Shown: positions 40,029-48,866, counted from the first letter of the stretch. The stretch is DNA of 64,000 nucleotides from Candidatus Zixiibacteriota bacterium (GCA_037441845.1 JBBIRK010000001.1:192001-256000), one strand, 5' to 3'. Translations and numbers: made by a program. The notes: generated by a model not told the origin, from the letters alone.

Positions 40029-40703
40029 TCACTTGCTGATAATCCCCAGCCAGTCGGCGAATAGATACTGGAATCTGCCGACCAGAAGCGAAATGCGCGC
40101 CATAACCGTATAGCCGAAACCCGCGCCGAAGGTTATCATCAAAACCCAAATCCCTATCCGGCTGGCGGCGCCTATCGCCCCTTTGTGTTCCTTTGAAAAG
40201 AAAAAATAAACCAGACCGCAGAGAAGCCCGCCGAACAATATGGTATTCGATACACTTTCGAGCAAGTTCAGAGATCCTTTCTCGAACACGACCAGAGGTA
40301 TCATTGAATTCTGCACCTGCCCGATAAAATCGGAACGCAGATAGCGCACGAGATTCAAACCGGCGGTCGTCCCCACGATGAAGGCAAGTGCCCAGCGGGA
40401 GACCCATCCGATTTTGGGGAACAGGCGTAAAAGCAAAATGATACCGAGAACGGCGGCGATTATATAATGATATTCCGGTTCCCGGTCGGCCAATGAGGGC
40501 AGAACGAAACGCACGCCCTCGGGATAAATCTTGGCGATGAGATTCGGGAACAGGGTCCCCCAGATACCTATTACCATCCAGTAAGCCGCGGAAACGCCGA
40601 CGAAAAGATGTTCGGCGAATTTATAGAAAACGTTGTCTTTGTAAAGAAACGACAATATAGAAAGAGTCAACAATGCGCCTATCCAGGTCCAGATATCAGT
40701 CAT
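40029..40703 (-). CDS. Cassette 2 subunit D
   Basis: SFLYKDNVFYKFAEH, FSKEHKG, FGAGFGYTVMARISLL. Start at ATG 40703. Confidence 0.9.
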   Translation of the reverse strand: MTDIWTWIGALLTLSILSFLYKDNVFYKFAEHLFVGVSAAYWMVIGIWGTLFPNLIAKIYPEGVRFVLPSLADREPEYHYIIAAVLGIILLLRLFPKIGWVSRWALAFIVGTTAGLNLVRYLRSDFIGQVQNSMIPLVVFEKGSLNLLESVSNTILFGGLLCGLVYFFFSKEHKGAIGAASRIGIWVLMITFGAGFGYTVMARISLLVGRFQYLFADWLGIISK

Positions 40704-41565
40704 GCGCCTGCCCTCTTTTGGATTGCGATCTTTCAATAAAGAAAGTGATGTTGCCTATTATGATGAACAACATGATTACGATATGAGCGATCGCCTGCGG
40801 CCCCATCATTTTTATCCCCGGCTGCGATTTATTTTCGTAGGCGGGATAATGTTTTTTCAATTCGGATTCGTATTCCGCCGCCCCCTTGATTCCGCCCATC
40901 AGGCCGACAAGTTGGTTCGGCCAGTAGGGATAAAGCAGTGGAGCCTGCACCGCGGTCGATCCTCCCGCCACCGGGATATTTCCGGGATCTCCCGCGAACA
41001 AAACCCATTCCTTGATTCCGGGCGATCCTCCGCCGAGACTGATTATCAAATCGAAACCGGTGAGATTGCGTACCGATTTCATCATCTCTATATCATCTAT
41101 ATAGGTTCCATGCACATCGGTGGAATACATTTTTTTCATGTCGGTGAGAAGCACGTTGATCAGCCCCTCGTTGCCCGCTTTGTATCCGAGATTAACGTAG
41201 TCGATTCCGTAGAGGCGATCGGGGAATTCCCGCACCTGCACCGAATCGACCGTATAGGTGGTCAGATTCTGCCCGGTCGCCCAAAGACACATATAATATA
41301 TCTTCATCTTTCTTTCATTGAGGTGGCGGATTAGGGCGTTGGTCATCGGCTGGATTTCGGGGAAAGTCGAGGGGCCGTAGTCGAGCGACACCAGTACTCT
41401 CGAACCCACGGGCAAGGACTCTATCTTGTCGAAAATATTTTTGACTATGGGACTTGCTTTCTCGGTGAAAGTAATATTGAAAATCAGGGGGATAATAACC
41501 GACAGGGCTATGAATAGAAAAATCACCCGACGATCTATATTTCGAAAAAGCCGGAGTATCTTCAT
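40696..41565 (-). CDS. Cassette 2 subunit C
   Basis: IDRRVIF, DYVNLGY, EWVLFA, GGIKGAAEYE, QAIAH. Confidence 0.9.
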   Translation of the reverse strand: MKILRLFRNIDRRVIFLFIALSVIIPLIFNITFTEKASPIVKNIFDKIESLPVGSRVLVSLDYGPSTFPEIQPMTNALIRHLNERKMKIYYMCLWATGQNLTTYTVDSVQVREFPDRLYGIDYVNLGYKAGNEGLINVLLTDMKKMYSTDVHGTYIDDIEMMKSVRNLTGFDLIISLGGGSPGIKEWVLFAGDPGNIPVAGGSTAVQAPLLYPYWPNQLVGLMGGIKGAAEYESELKKHYPAYENKSQPGIKMMGPQAIAHIVIMLFIIIGNITFFIERSQSKRGQAHD

Positions 41566-42251
41566 CCCTTGCCGCCTTCCGATCCGATGTAGCCGCGCTC
41601 GATCCCCAAAATCACCCGCAGCGACATCGACACCACCCCCAGCGATATGCCGATCATGATCGCTCTTTGTCCGGCGAGGTTGGGAATCGCCATAATCCAG
41701 TTGGCCAAATTAGGAACGTGAAAAAAAGACAGCCACGAGGGGAGCCAGGCGGTGGCATAATTGCCGATCGGGGTGCGGCCGAGCAGAACGATAAAAGCGG
41801 TGACAAGCAGGATCGTGGCTTCTTTGTTTTTCGCCCGGAAAGCCCGATAAGACGCCGAGGCCACGAAAAAGGCCAAAATCGAAAACATGGTGGCCTGCAA
41901 GGGAGTGAAAACGAAATCGTAAATATTCGTGAACAACGATCCCGGAGCGGTGACATCGCCGCGGATTCCGTTTACGTTGCCGATCTTGAATGCCCCGGCA
42001 ATCAGCGTTATCAGAAAACCCAGCACCGTGACTATCGAAAACTGCCAGCCCTTGATCCGCCGATAGATTTTGTCGCCGTGCACCCGTAGAAGATTTCCGC
42101 CGCCCAGAATGAATGCAAACACGGCGATAATATCGAAAAAGACGGAAAAATCCTCGCCGAGACGACCGAACGGCGCATGGGGTATGAACACCGAAACGAC
42201 CAACACCGCCCCCACGATTCCGGTTATCAGGACAGGTAATTGACGTTTCAT
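41562..42251 (-). CDS. Cassette 2 subunit B
   Basis: MKRQLP, FSILAFFVASASYRAFRA, AGQRAIMIG, ILGIER. Confidence 0.9.
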   Translation of the reverse strand: MKRQLPVLITGIVGAVLVVSVFIPHAPFGRLGEDFSVFFDIIAVFAFILGGGNLLRVHGDKIYRRIKGWQFSIVTVLGFLITLIAGAFKIGNVNGIRGDVTAPGSLFTNIYDFVFTPLQATMFSILAFFVASASYRAFRAKNKEATILLVTAFIVLLGRTPIGNYATAWLPSWLSFFHVPNLANWIMAIPNLAGQRAIMIGISLGVVSMSLRVILGIERGYIGSEGGKG

Positions 42252-42373
42252 TTCAATTCGGTACTCGGTAAAGTAATCTGGTCGGATAACGCGAAAACGG
42301 AAAGCCGCCTTTTTTCAAAAAACGGCTTCGGTCTTATTATTTCTGCCTTACTATCGAACAAATCATCGCCCTT

Positions 42374-43621
42374 TCAATTCAGCGAAAACACTTCCAGCAA
42401 AAATTTATGGATAGAATCGAACAAGCCGACGCCGGAAAGCGAATAGGCGGTGGCGGCCGCCGAACCGGCCAATATCGCGATCATGGCGATAAATTTCCCC
42501 ACATCCTGCCCTTTCAAGCTGCCGAGTTGTTTCGGCTCGTTGGAAAGATATGCGCTGGCGGCGAAAAGCTCCTCGCCGATCAAAGTGTAATCGCATGCGG
42601 CCACGAAAAAGGGAAGCTGTGCCGGCATGGCGGTACCGGCGATCTGGATCGCTCCTATTGAATTGCCGGTTTCGGCGAAAATCAGACTTTCCGCAAAAAA
42701 CGACCCCATATAAAAGCAGGTTGCCGGCCGATCGCGCACCATTATGCCATCGACCGCCGCCACATAGCCGAATTGCTCATCGGTCAGATAATATACGAAA
42801 TCATCGGAATAAGCATCGATCCGACCGGCGGCGGCGTATGCCTCTTTGATTGTCTCCCGCGCCGTGGTCATCACAATCGACCTCGACACCGGCATGTTTA
42901 TCTTTATGTCGTACTCGGCTATGGTCCTGGCGACACGCCCGAGGATCGTGATGCCGGCTATCGTCTGCACGTCGTCCATATCGCGGATTCCAGGAATAAA
43001 AAGAATCGGCCGCCCCATTTCAGTGGCACGGCCTATAGCCTCATCTATCGCTTGAAGGCCTGCGATCTTCCTGAGGAATAGTTTTTTGCCCTTCTGGGCA
43101 TGGTAGATAAAATAGATAACCGAACCGCAAATCAAGACTCCCAGCAGAAACATATATTTGAGGTTAAGATTGAGCCACTGGGCATATGAATGGGCCGGGG
43201 CCGAATCCGCGGAATAAGAAAAAACGACTCCATCGGTGGACGCCACGCGATAGATATATGATTTATGGTCATCGGTATTCGAATCGATATAGCGCGATTG
43301 GCCCCGGCCGACCATACCGATCGATGAAAAAACGGTATCGCCGGCTAAGGCTCTGAATATCTCATAGCCGATTACGTTTCCCTTGCCGGCGCCGTCGTCT
43401 TTGGATAGCCTCCAGGAGATCAAAATCCGCCTTCCGGCGTCACTCGGATTATCGCGGGCGATGACATTTCCGGGAGGAGCAGGCGCCGGATAACGGGGCA
43501 TCGCGGCGCCGCCTAAGGGAATCTCGGCTCTTACTTCCTCGGGATATGCGGGCAAGACGAAAACGGTCGAAATCAGGACCGACAACAGCAGAAACAAAAG
43601 CGGCGCGCGAATGGCGGACAA
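42374..43621 (-). CDS. Cassette 2 subunit A (FN3-like + DUF6754-like)
   Basis: TTG start with GGGAG RBS; DNPSDAG...WRLSKDD; AIGRATEMG; GEELFAASAYLS. Confidence 0.9.
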   Translation of the reverse strand: MSAIRAPLLFLLLSVLISTVFVLPAYPEEVRAEIPLGGAAMPRYPAPAPPGNVIARDNPSDAGRRILISWRLSKDDGAGKGNVIGYEIFRALAGDTVFSSIGMVGRGQSRYIDSNTDDHKSYIYRVASTDGVVFSYSADSAPAHSYAQWLNLNLKYMFLLGVLICGSVIYFIYHAQKGKKLFLRKIAGLQAIDEAIGRATEMGRPILFIPGIRDMDDVQTIAGITILGRVARTIAEYDIKINMPVSRSIVMTTARETIKEAYAAAGRIDAYSDDFVYYLTDEQFGYVAAVDGIMVRDRPATCFYMGSFFAESLIFAETGNSIGAIQIAGTAMPAQLPFFVAACDYTLIGEELFAASAYLSNEPKQLGSLKGQDVGKFIAMIAILAGSAAATAYSLSGVGLFDSIHKFLLEVFSLN

Positions 43622-43674
43622 AAAATTCTCCCGTTTCTTATCGAAATCAGGCCCAAAGGACCGGATCGGCGGAT

Positions 43675-43703
43675 AATATAGGAATCGAGGGCTGATCTAA
43701 CAA
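43675..43703 (-). promoter_or_regulatory. Putative promoter TTGTTA-N17-TATATT for cassette 2
   Basis: Minus-strand match in the gap between the SPFH gene and A2. Confidence 0.45.
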
Positions 43704-43763
43704 GTTATTTGAATCGGGATCCCTTCGAAATTGGACTCGTTTTCGCCGACTACGCATTCCGGA

Positions 43764-44684
43764 TCAACTCTTCGACTCGGAGACCCCTTGAGCTTTCAGC
43801 AATTCGGCCGCCAGACCTACTCCGCTGAGCAGGCTTGCCACCTCGATCGGGAAAAATACTTTGTTGGCTTTGCCGTCGGCGATCGTTTTCAGAGCCTCGA
43901 GATAACGTAAAGTGATAAGCTTATTGTCCGGCTGGCCTTTGTGGATCGCCTGAAAGACGTTGACGATAGCTTCGGCTTCTCCCTGAGCAACCGTGAGTTT
44001 CTGGAATTTTTCGGCTTCGGCCACTTTCATGATCGCCTGCGCCTGCCCCTCGGCCTCGAGAATAGCAGCTTGTTTGGCCCCCTCGGCCTTGGTTATTTCT
44101 GCCTGCTTTATCCCTTCGGCTTCGAGGATCGCGGCGCGTTTATCGCGTTCGGCTTTCATCTGGCGGCTCATGGCGTCGGTAATGTCCCGCGGCGGATCGA
44201 TCTTCTGGATTTCCACGCGATTGACCTTTACGCCCCATTTGTTGGTGGCCTCGTCGAGCACCACGCGCAATTTTTCGTTGATGATATCGCGGGAGGTCAG
44301 CGATTGATCGAGTTCCATCTCGCCGAGGGTGTTGCGAAGGTTGGTTTGGGCGAGCTTGACGGCCGCATAGACGAAATCCATGATTTCATAATGGGCGCGG
44401 AACGGATCGGTGACCTGGCAATAGATAATGGCGTCCACCTCCACCATGACGTTGTCTTTGGTGATTATAGATTGCGCCGGCACGTCGATCACCTTTTCGC
44501 GCATATCGACTTTTTCCATCTGCTCGACGATCGGCAAGATGATGTTGAGTCCGGGTTGGCAGGTTCGATTGTAGCGTCCCAGCCTTTCGATAAGGCCGCG
44601 CTGGTAAGGCCTTATGATACGCAAAGACATGCCCGCGAAAATCAGGGCGAAAAATACGATCACCAGAATAAATAAGGCTTGCAT
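43764..44684 (-). CDS. SPFH/stomatin-like (paraslipin/QmcA-type) membrane protein
   Basis: N-terminal TM, IERLGRY, ITKDNV, LTSRDIIN, WGVKVNRVE, QMKAERDKRA, AEG repeats. Confidence 0.95.
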   Translation of the reverse strand: MQALFILVIVFFALIFAGMSLRIIRPYQRGLIERLGRYNRTCQPGLNIILPIVEQMEKVDMREKVIDVPAQSIITKDNVMVEVDAIIYCQVTDPFRAHYEIMDFVYAAVKLAQTNLRNTLGEMELDQSLTSRDIINEKLRVVLDEATNKWGVKVNRVEIQKIDPPRDITDAMSRQMKAERDKRAAILEAEGIKQAEITKAEGAKQAAILEAEGQAQAIMKVAEAEKFQKLTVAQGEAEAIVNVFQAIHKGQPDNKLITLRYLEALKTIADGKANKVFFPIEVASLLSGVGLAAELLKAQGVSESKS

Positions 44685-45118
44685 CAAGCATCTCCTTCCA
44701 ATTTCTCGACAACCAACATCGAGCCGCGCAGCCCGGTTATTTTCACCGGAACACCTGCGGGAATTTTGATATCGGCCACCGCCCTCCAGGAATCGTTTTC
44801 ATAGCGGACCTGACCCTTGCCGGTGATTGAATCGATATCCTCGATGACCAGCGCTTTCTTGCCGATCAATGAATCGGCTCCGGGTTGAACCACTTTGTCA
44901 TCGCCCATTTTACGGCCGATCATCCGGGCCAGTGGTATCAACGCTAGTGATACCACCACGAACAGCAAAGTCTGCAGCATCAGCGATGCCGGCGAAAAGT
45001 AAGAGACGGCGCCTGCCGCCAGCGCCCCGACCGCGAAACAGGCGATAAAAAAGCCGGCGGTGAATATCTCGATAACGATGAAGACGGCCGCCAGTATCAG
45101 CCAAACATAAAGGGGCAT
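44684..45118 (-). CDS. NfeD-like membrane protein (OB-fold C-terminus)
   Basis: TM helices, LIGKKALV, GQVRYENDSWRA. TGATG overlap with the SPFH gene. Confidence 0.93.
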   Translation of the reverse strand: MPLYVWLILAAVFIVIEIFTAGFFIACFAVGALAAGAVSYFSPASLMLQTLLFVVVSLALIPLARMIGRKMGDDKVVQPGADSLIGKKALVIEDIDSITGKGQVRYENDSWRAVADIKIPAGVPVKITGLRGSMLVVEKLEGDA

Positions 45119-45183
45119 GGGATCCTCCTTGAGTATCGTTCACAAATTGGAATCAAAAATCGCATAGCCTTCGAACGCTGCAT

Positions 45184-45882
45184 TTACCGTAACAGTCCCA
45201 GCCAGGTGCCATACAAAAAATCGAGCCGGCCGATCAATAGCGACATGCGCGACATCACCGTGTAGCCGAACGACGCCCCGAACGTAACCATCAAAAAATA
45301 TATGCCGATTTTCGCCGCGCCGCCCACGATTCCTTTGTGCTCTTTCGAAAAATAAAAGTAAGCCAGCCCGCTGATCACCCCTACGAGCAAGATCAAGTTG
45401 TTCAGATTCGCCCAGCCGACAAAGCCGGGTTGTCCGAATACGATGAAATCTTTCAGTGTGGCATGAATCTGCGATAAAGCGTTCGAGGCCAGATAGCGGG
45501 TGAAATACAATCCTGCCGTGGTTCCCACCACGAATGCCAAGGGCCAACGGGAAATCCAGCCCACTTTGGGAACCAGCCGCAGAAGCATCATTATGCCGAG
45601 CGCGCCCGCGACCAAATACCATATATTAGGATCCCAACGACCGTGGACGAAAAGCGATTGCAAGGCTCCATCGGTTTTGGAGGCTCCCATCAGCTTGGTT
45701 ACGCCGAGATTGTCGAACAACCGCGGCAACAAACTTTGATAATACAATGATACGAACCAGTAGCCGGCTGAAATACCCAAAAATATCGATTCGCTGAGCT
45801 TATAGAACGGGTTGTCTTTATAAAGAAAAGACAGTATCCCCAGCGTCAATAAAGCGCCGACCCAAATTCCGATGGTGCTCAT
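45184..45882 (-). CDS. Cassette 1 subunit D
   Basis: SFLYKDNPFYKLSE, FSKEHKG, FGASFGYTVMSRMSLL. Confidence 0.9.
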   Translation of the reverse strand: MSTIGIWVGALLTLGILSFLYKDNPFYKLSESIFLGISAGYWFVSLYYQSLLPRLFDNLGVTKLMGASKTDGALQSLFVHGRWDPNIWYLVAGALGIMMLLRLVPKVGWISRWPLAFVVGTTAGLYFTRYLASNALSQIHATLKDFIVFGQPGFVGWANLNNLILLVGVISGLAYFYFSKEHKGIVGGAAKIGIYFLMVTFGASFGYTVMSRMSLLIGRLDFLYGTWLGLLR

Positions 45883-46736
45883 GACAACCCTCCCTGTTCT
45901 TTCTTGCGGGTGGTGAAATAAGCGATGTTAGCCATTATTATAAACAATACGATTATCGTATGGGCGAAGGTCTGCCCGGTCATGTACTTTACGGCTCTGC
46001 CGGGAAGTCCGGTCAAAATTTCGAATTCTGCGCCGCCTTTCATTCCTCCGAGGATTCCTTTGAGCTGCTTGCCGAGATAGGGATAAACCTGCGGCGCCTG
46101 AACCGCGGTGTTGCCCGCGCCCAATACGATATTGAACCTATCGACTGCGAAAAGAACCCATTCCACCGTGCCCGGATAGCCTGCCGACAGATTGAAAACG
46201 TAATCTATATTCGAAAAATTCGTAACCCCCTGCATCATCGGGAAATCGGCTACCGGTTTGCCGAAATAATCGACTGGGAATGTTTGGGGTATTGAAGAGC
46301 CCATGCGCTGGATCACCAGTTCGTTGCCGGCCTGATAACCCAGATTTACATAATCGATCCCATACTCGAATTGTCTTCCCACCTGTCTTTCGGCGATCGG
46401 CTTGGCCCTCTCCGCTTGGATCGGTCCCTGAGGCCACAGCCCGATAACTATGACTTTGAACTTTCGCCTGAGGGCGTATCCAAAAAACGTTTCGGCCATC
46501 GGTTGAAGCTCCGGCTCCGATCCGGGGTCGTAATCCAGCGATACCAAAACCCGTGCGCCGTCGGGCAGCTTGTCGAGAGTCGCCACCAACGATTCGACCT
46601 CCGGCGAGGTCGGTATCTTGAGATTTATCTGCAGAAACATCGGCACCGAAATGGCCACGAAAATGAACAGGAAAATAATCCGCCGGTCGATCCTCATCAG
46701 GCTGTTCCAAAAACCGACTTCTTTTTGCTCGGCCAT
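45879..46736 (-). CDS. Cassette 1 subunit C
   Basis: IDRRIIF, DYDPGSEPEL, DYVNLGY, EWVLFA, GGMKGGAEFE, QTFAH. Confidence 0.9.
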   Translation of the reverse strand: MAEQKEVGFWNSLMRIDRRIIFLFIFVAISVPMFLQINLKIPTSPEVESLVATLDKLPDGARVLVSLDYDPGSEPELQPMAETFFGYALRRKFKVIVIGLWPQGPIQAERAKPIAERQVGRQFEYGIDYVNLGYQAGNELVIQRMGSSIPQTFPVDYFGKPVADFPMMQGVTNFSNIDYVFNLSAGYPGTVEWVLFAVDRFNIVLGAGNTAVQAPQVYPYLGKQLKGILGGMKGGAEFEILTGLPGRAVKYMTGQTFAHTIIVLFIIMANIAYFTTRKKEQGGLS

Positions 46737-47389
46737 TATTCACCTCCCAGATAAGAGCGTTCGATTCCGAGAATGAGACGCAACGATGTCGAAACCGTGC
46801 CCAGGGCGATACCTATCATGATTGCTCGCTGGCCGGCGATATTAGGGATATTCATAATCCAGCTTGCTATTTCCGACATATGCAGCCACTTGGGCAGCCA
46901 GCCGGTAAGCATATCACCCAGCGGCACCCGGCCGAGCATAACCAAAAAAGCCGCCAGCAGCAGAACCGTTGCTTCACGGGTGCGCGCTCGAAAAGCTCTG
47001 TAAGAGGCCGAGGCCACGAAAAAGGCCAAAAGCGCAAACATCATGGCGGTCAGCGGTGAATAGACGTAATCGTACAACTGCGAAAAAGGCGTGCCCGGAT
47101 CAAGAAATCTCCGGCCGCCGGAAAAGAAAAATCCGATAATCACCATCACCAAGAACGAGGCAATGATTATCGCCGCATAAGGCCAATCCTTATGGCGACG
47201 GTAGATTTTGTCTCCAGCGACCTTGATCAAGTTCAGCGCACCCAGCCAGATCGCCGAGGCCTGGATTATCGAAAACCAATCAGAAAATACGTCGTTCAAC
47301 GTGCCGAAAGGTTCAGCGGGAATGAAATACTGGATTATCAAGACAACCCCCACCGTGCCTGCAATTATCATCGGTATTTCGCGTTTCAT
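46736..47389 (-). CDS. Cassette 1 subunit B
   Basis: MKREIP (ATG 47389 after GGAGGTG), FALLAFFVASASYRAFRAR, ILGIER. Confidence 0.9.
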   Translation of the reverse strand: MKREIPMIIAGTVGVVLIIQYFIPAEPFGTLNDVFSDWFSIIQASAIWLGALNLIKVAGDKIYRRHKDWPYAAIIIASFLVMVIIGFFFSGGRRFLDPGTPFSQLYDYVYSPLTAMMFALLAFFVASASYRAFRARTREATVLLLAAFLVMLGRVPLGDMLTGWLPKWLHMSEIASWIMNIPNIAGQRAIMIGIALGTVSTSLRLILGIERSYLGGE

Positions 47390-47390
47390 G

Positions 47391-48599
47391 TCATTCACCT
47401 CCGGCCGAGACTGAAAATATCGAGGCGAAATCGAATGCGCCCGACAATTGGATCACCAGACCGATGACGATAGCCAGAATTATGACCAGCTTACCCAAAT
47501 CCTGACCTTTCAGTGAACCGAGCAGTTTGGGCTCATGCGATAGATAGGCGCTGGCGGCGAACAGCTCTTCGCCGATTAAGGTGTAATCGCAGGCGGCCAC
47601 GAAAAAGGGCAATTGCGAGGGCATTGCCGTTCCTGCGATCTGTATGGCACCGATCGAATTTCCGGTTTCCGCCAAAATCAAAGACTCGGCGTAAAAGGCG
47701 CCTTGATAAAAAATCGTGGCTGGTTTCTGACGCACGACCAATCCGTCTATACCGGCGGCATAGCCGAATTGATCGTCAGTCAGATAATAAACCATGTCGT
47801 CGGTATAAGAATCGGGCCTGCCGGCATTATAGTAGGCTTCTTTCACCACTTCCCTGGCGGTGACCATGACCAGCGATCGGGAAACCGGAACATCGATCTT
47901 GGCTTCATATTCCGCCGCCACCTTGGCTACTCGTCCGAGAATCGTCAACCCCGCGATCGTCTGGACGTTATCCATATCCTGAGTGCCGGGTATAAAGAAA
48001 ATTTTCCGGCCCATCTCGGTCGCACGTCCGACCGCCTCGTCAACCGCCTCAAGCCCGGCGATTTTTCGGATATATAGTTTCTTGCCTGATTTGGCTCCGG
48101 ATATGTAATACAAGATTGCGGCGCTGAGAAAAATCACCGCAATCAACATATTTATCAGGCTGGTGTTAAACCATTGCTGACTTGATTTCGCCGGCATCTT
48201 GCTGACTGCTCTGGCTGCCGTACCGAATGCCTTGGCATCGACGGCATAATAATATTCAGCGCCGTCTTCGGTATTATTGTCGAGACAGGTCTTGTAGAGT
48301 GGATTTCTCTCGTTGCTGCCCCCGGGCACGCTGAGCACCAATTCGAAAGGGCCATCGACGGATTTACCTCTCAATATGTCGTAACCCTCGAACCGGCCTT
48401 GATCGGCGATATCATCGGGAGATCTTTTCCAGGTGATAGTTATCGAGTTACCGGCGTCGTTAGGTGTATCGAACGCCCGGATCTCTTCGGCGGGCCTGAC
48501 GATCGCCGGAACGGCTCCGCTGTCGGCAAGCGTCTGGGCGAAAACAGGACCCGCTATGAAAAAGGCGGTTATAAGAAATTTCAAATTGACATGTTTCAT
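47391..48599 (-). CDS. Cassette 1 subunit A (FN3-like + DUF6754-like)
   Basis: ATG 48599 after GGAGG gives a signal peptide; DTPNDAG...WKRSPDD; AVGRATEMG; GEELFAASAYLS. Confidence 0.9.
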   Translation of the reverse strand: MKHVNLKFLITAFFIAGPVFAQTLADSGAVPAIVRPAEEIRAFDTPNDAGNSITITWKRSPDDIADQGRFEGYDILRGKSVDGPFELVLSVPGGSNERNPLYKTCLDNNTEDGAEYYYAVDAKAFGTAARAVSKMPAKSSQQWFNTSLINMLIAVIFLSAAILYYISGAKSGKKLYIRKIAGLEAVDEAVGRATEMGRKIFFIPGTQDMDNVQTIAGLTILGRVAKVAAEYEAKIDVPVSRSLVMVTAREVVKEAYYNAGRPDSYTDDMVYYLTDDQFGYAAGIDGLVVRQKPATIFYQGAFYAESLILAETGNSIGAIQIAGTAMPSQLPFFVAACDYTLIGEELFAASAYLSHEPKLLGSLKGQDLGKLVIILAIVIGLVIQLSGAFDFASIFSVSAGGE

Positions 48600-48800
48600 T
48601 AATTTCCTCCCGAATTTCCACTCTGCGGCTTTAATGGCGATAAAATCATATCGAATTCCGTTCCTGATATATTTCACTTCTGATCAATACGATTGCATAA
48701 TGCCTTGTAATAGCCCTTGATCGCGGCGATTGTCAAGGGAAATAGGGCTGCAAAACTCGGTAGGCCGCCGAGGCGCACCAGTTAAAAAACAGCGGCTATC

Positions 48801-48845
48801 AAAAAAATCAAGCCGGACTATTTCCTGCGATAATCCGGCTTTTTT
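48801..48845 (-). terminator. Terminator-like hairpin after the 375-aa gene
   Basis: AAGCCGGA/TCCGGCTT stem flanked by an A run and a T run. Confidence 0.65.
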
Positions 48846-48866
48846 CTCTCAGACAGTAAAAATAGA

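Larger units (their letters stand above)
31784..48599 (-). repeat. Array of four paralogous four-gene membrane cassettes (A-B-C-D)
   Basis: Each of four protein types recurs four times in identical order with shared motifs (see the individual CDS entries). Confidence 0.95.

Noticed and set aside
31784..48599. Cassette repetition as an assembly artefact or recent tandem duplication
   Set aside because: The paralogs are strongly diverged with indels and all ORFs are intact, indicating old duplications under selection.
31784..48599. Cassettes as ABC, TRAP, PTS or Rnf/Nqr components
   Set aside because: I recognised no Walker motifs, EAA loop, DctM/DctP, PTS or FMN-binding signatures; remote homology cannot be excluded without profile searches.
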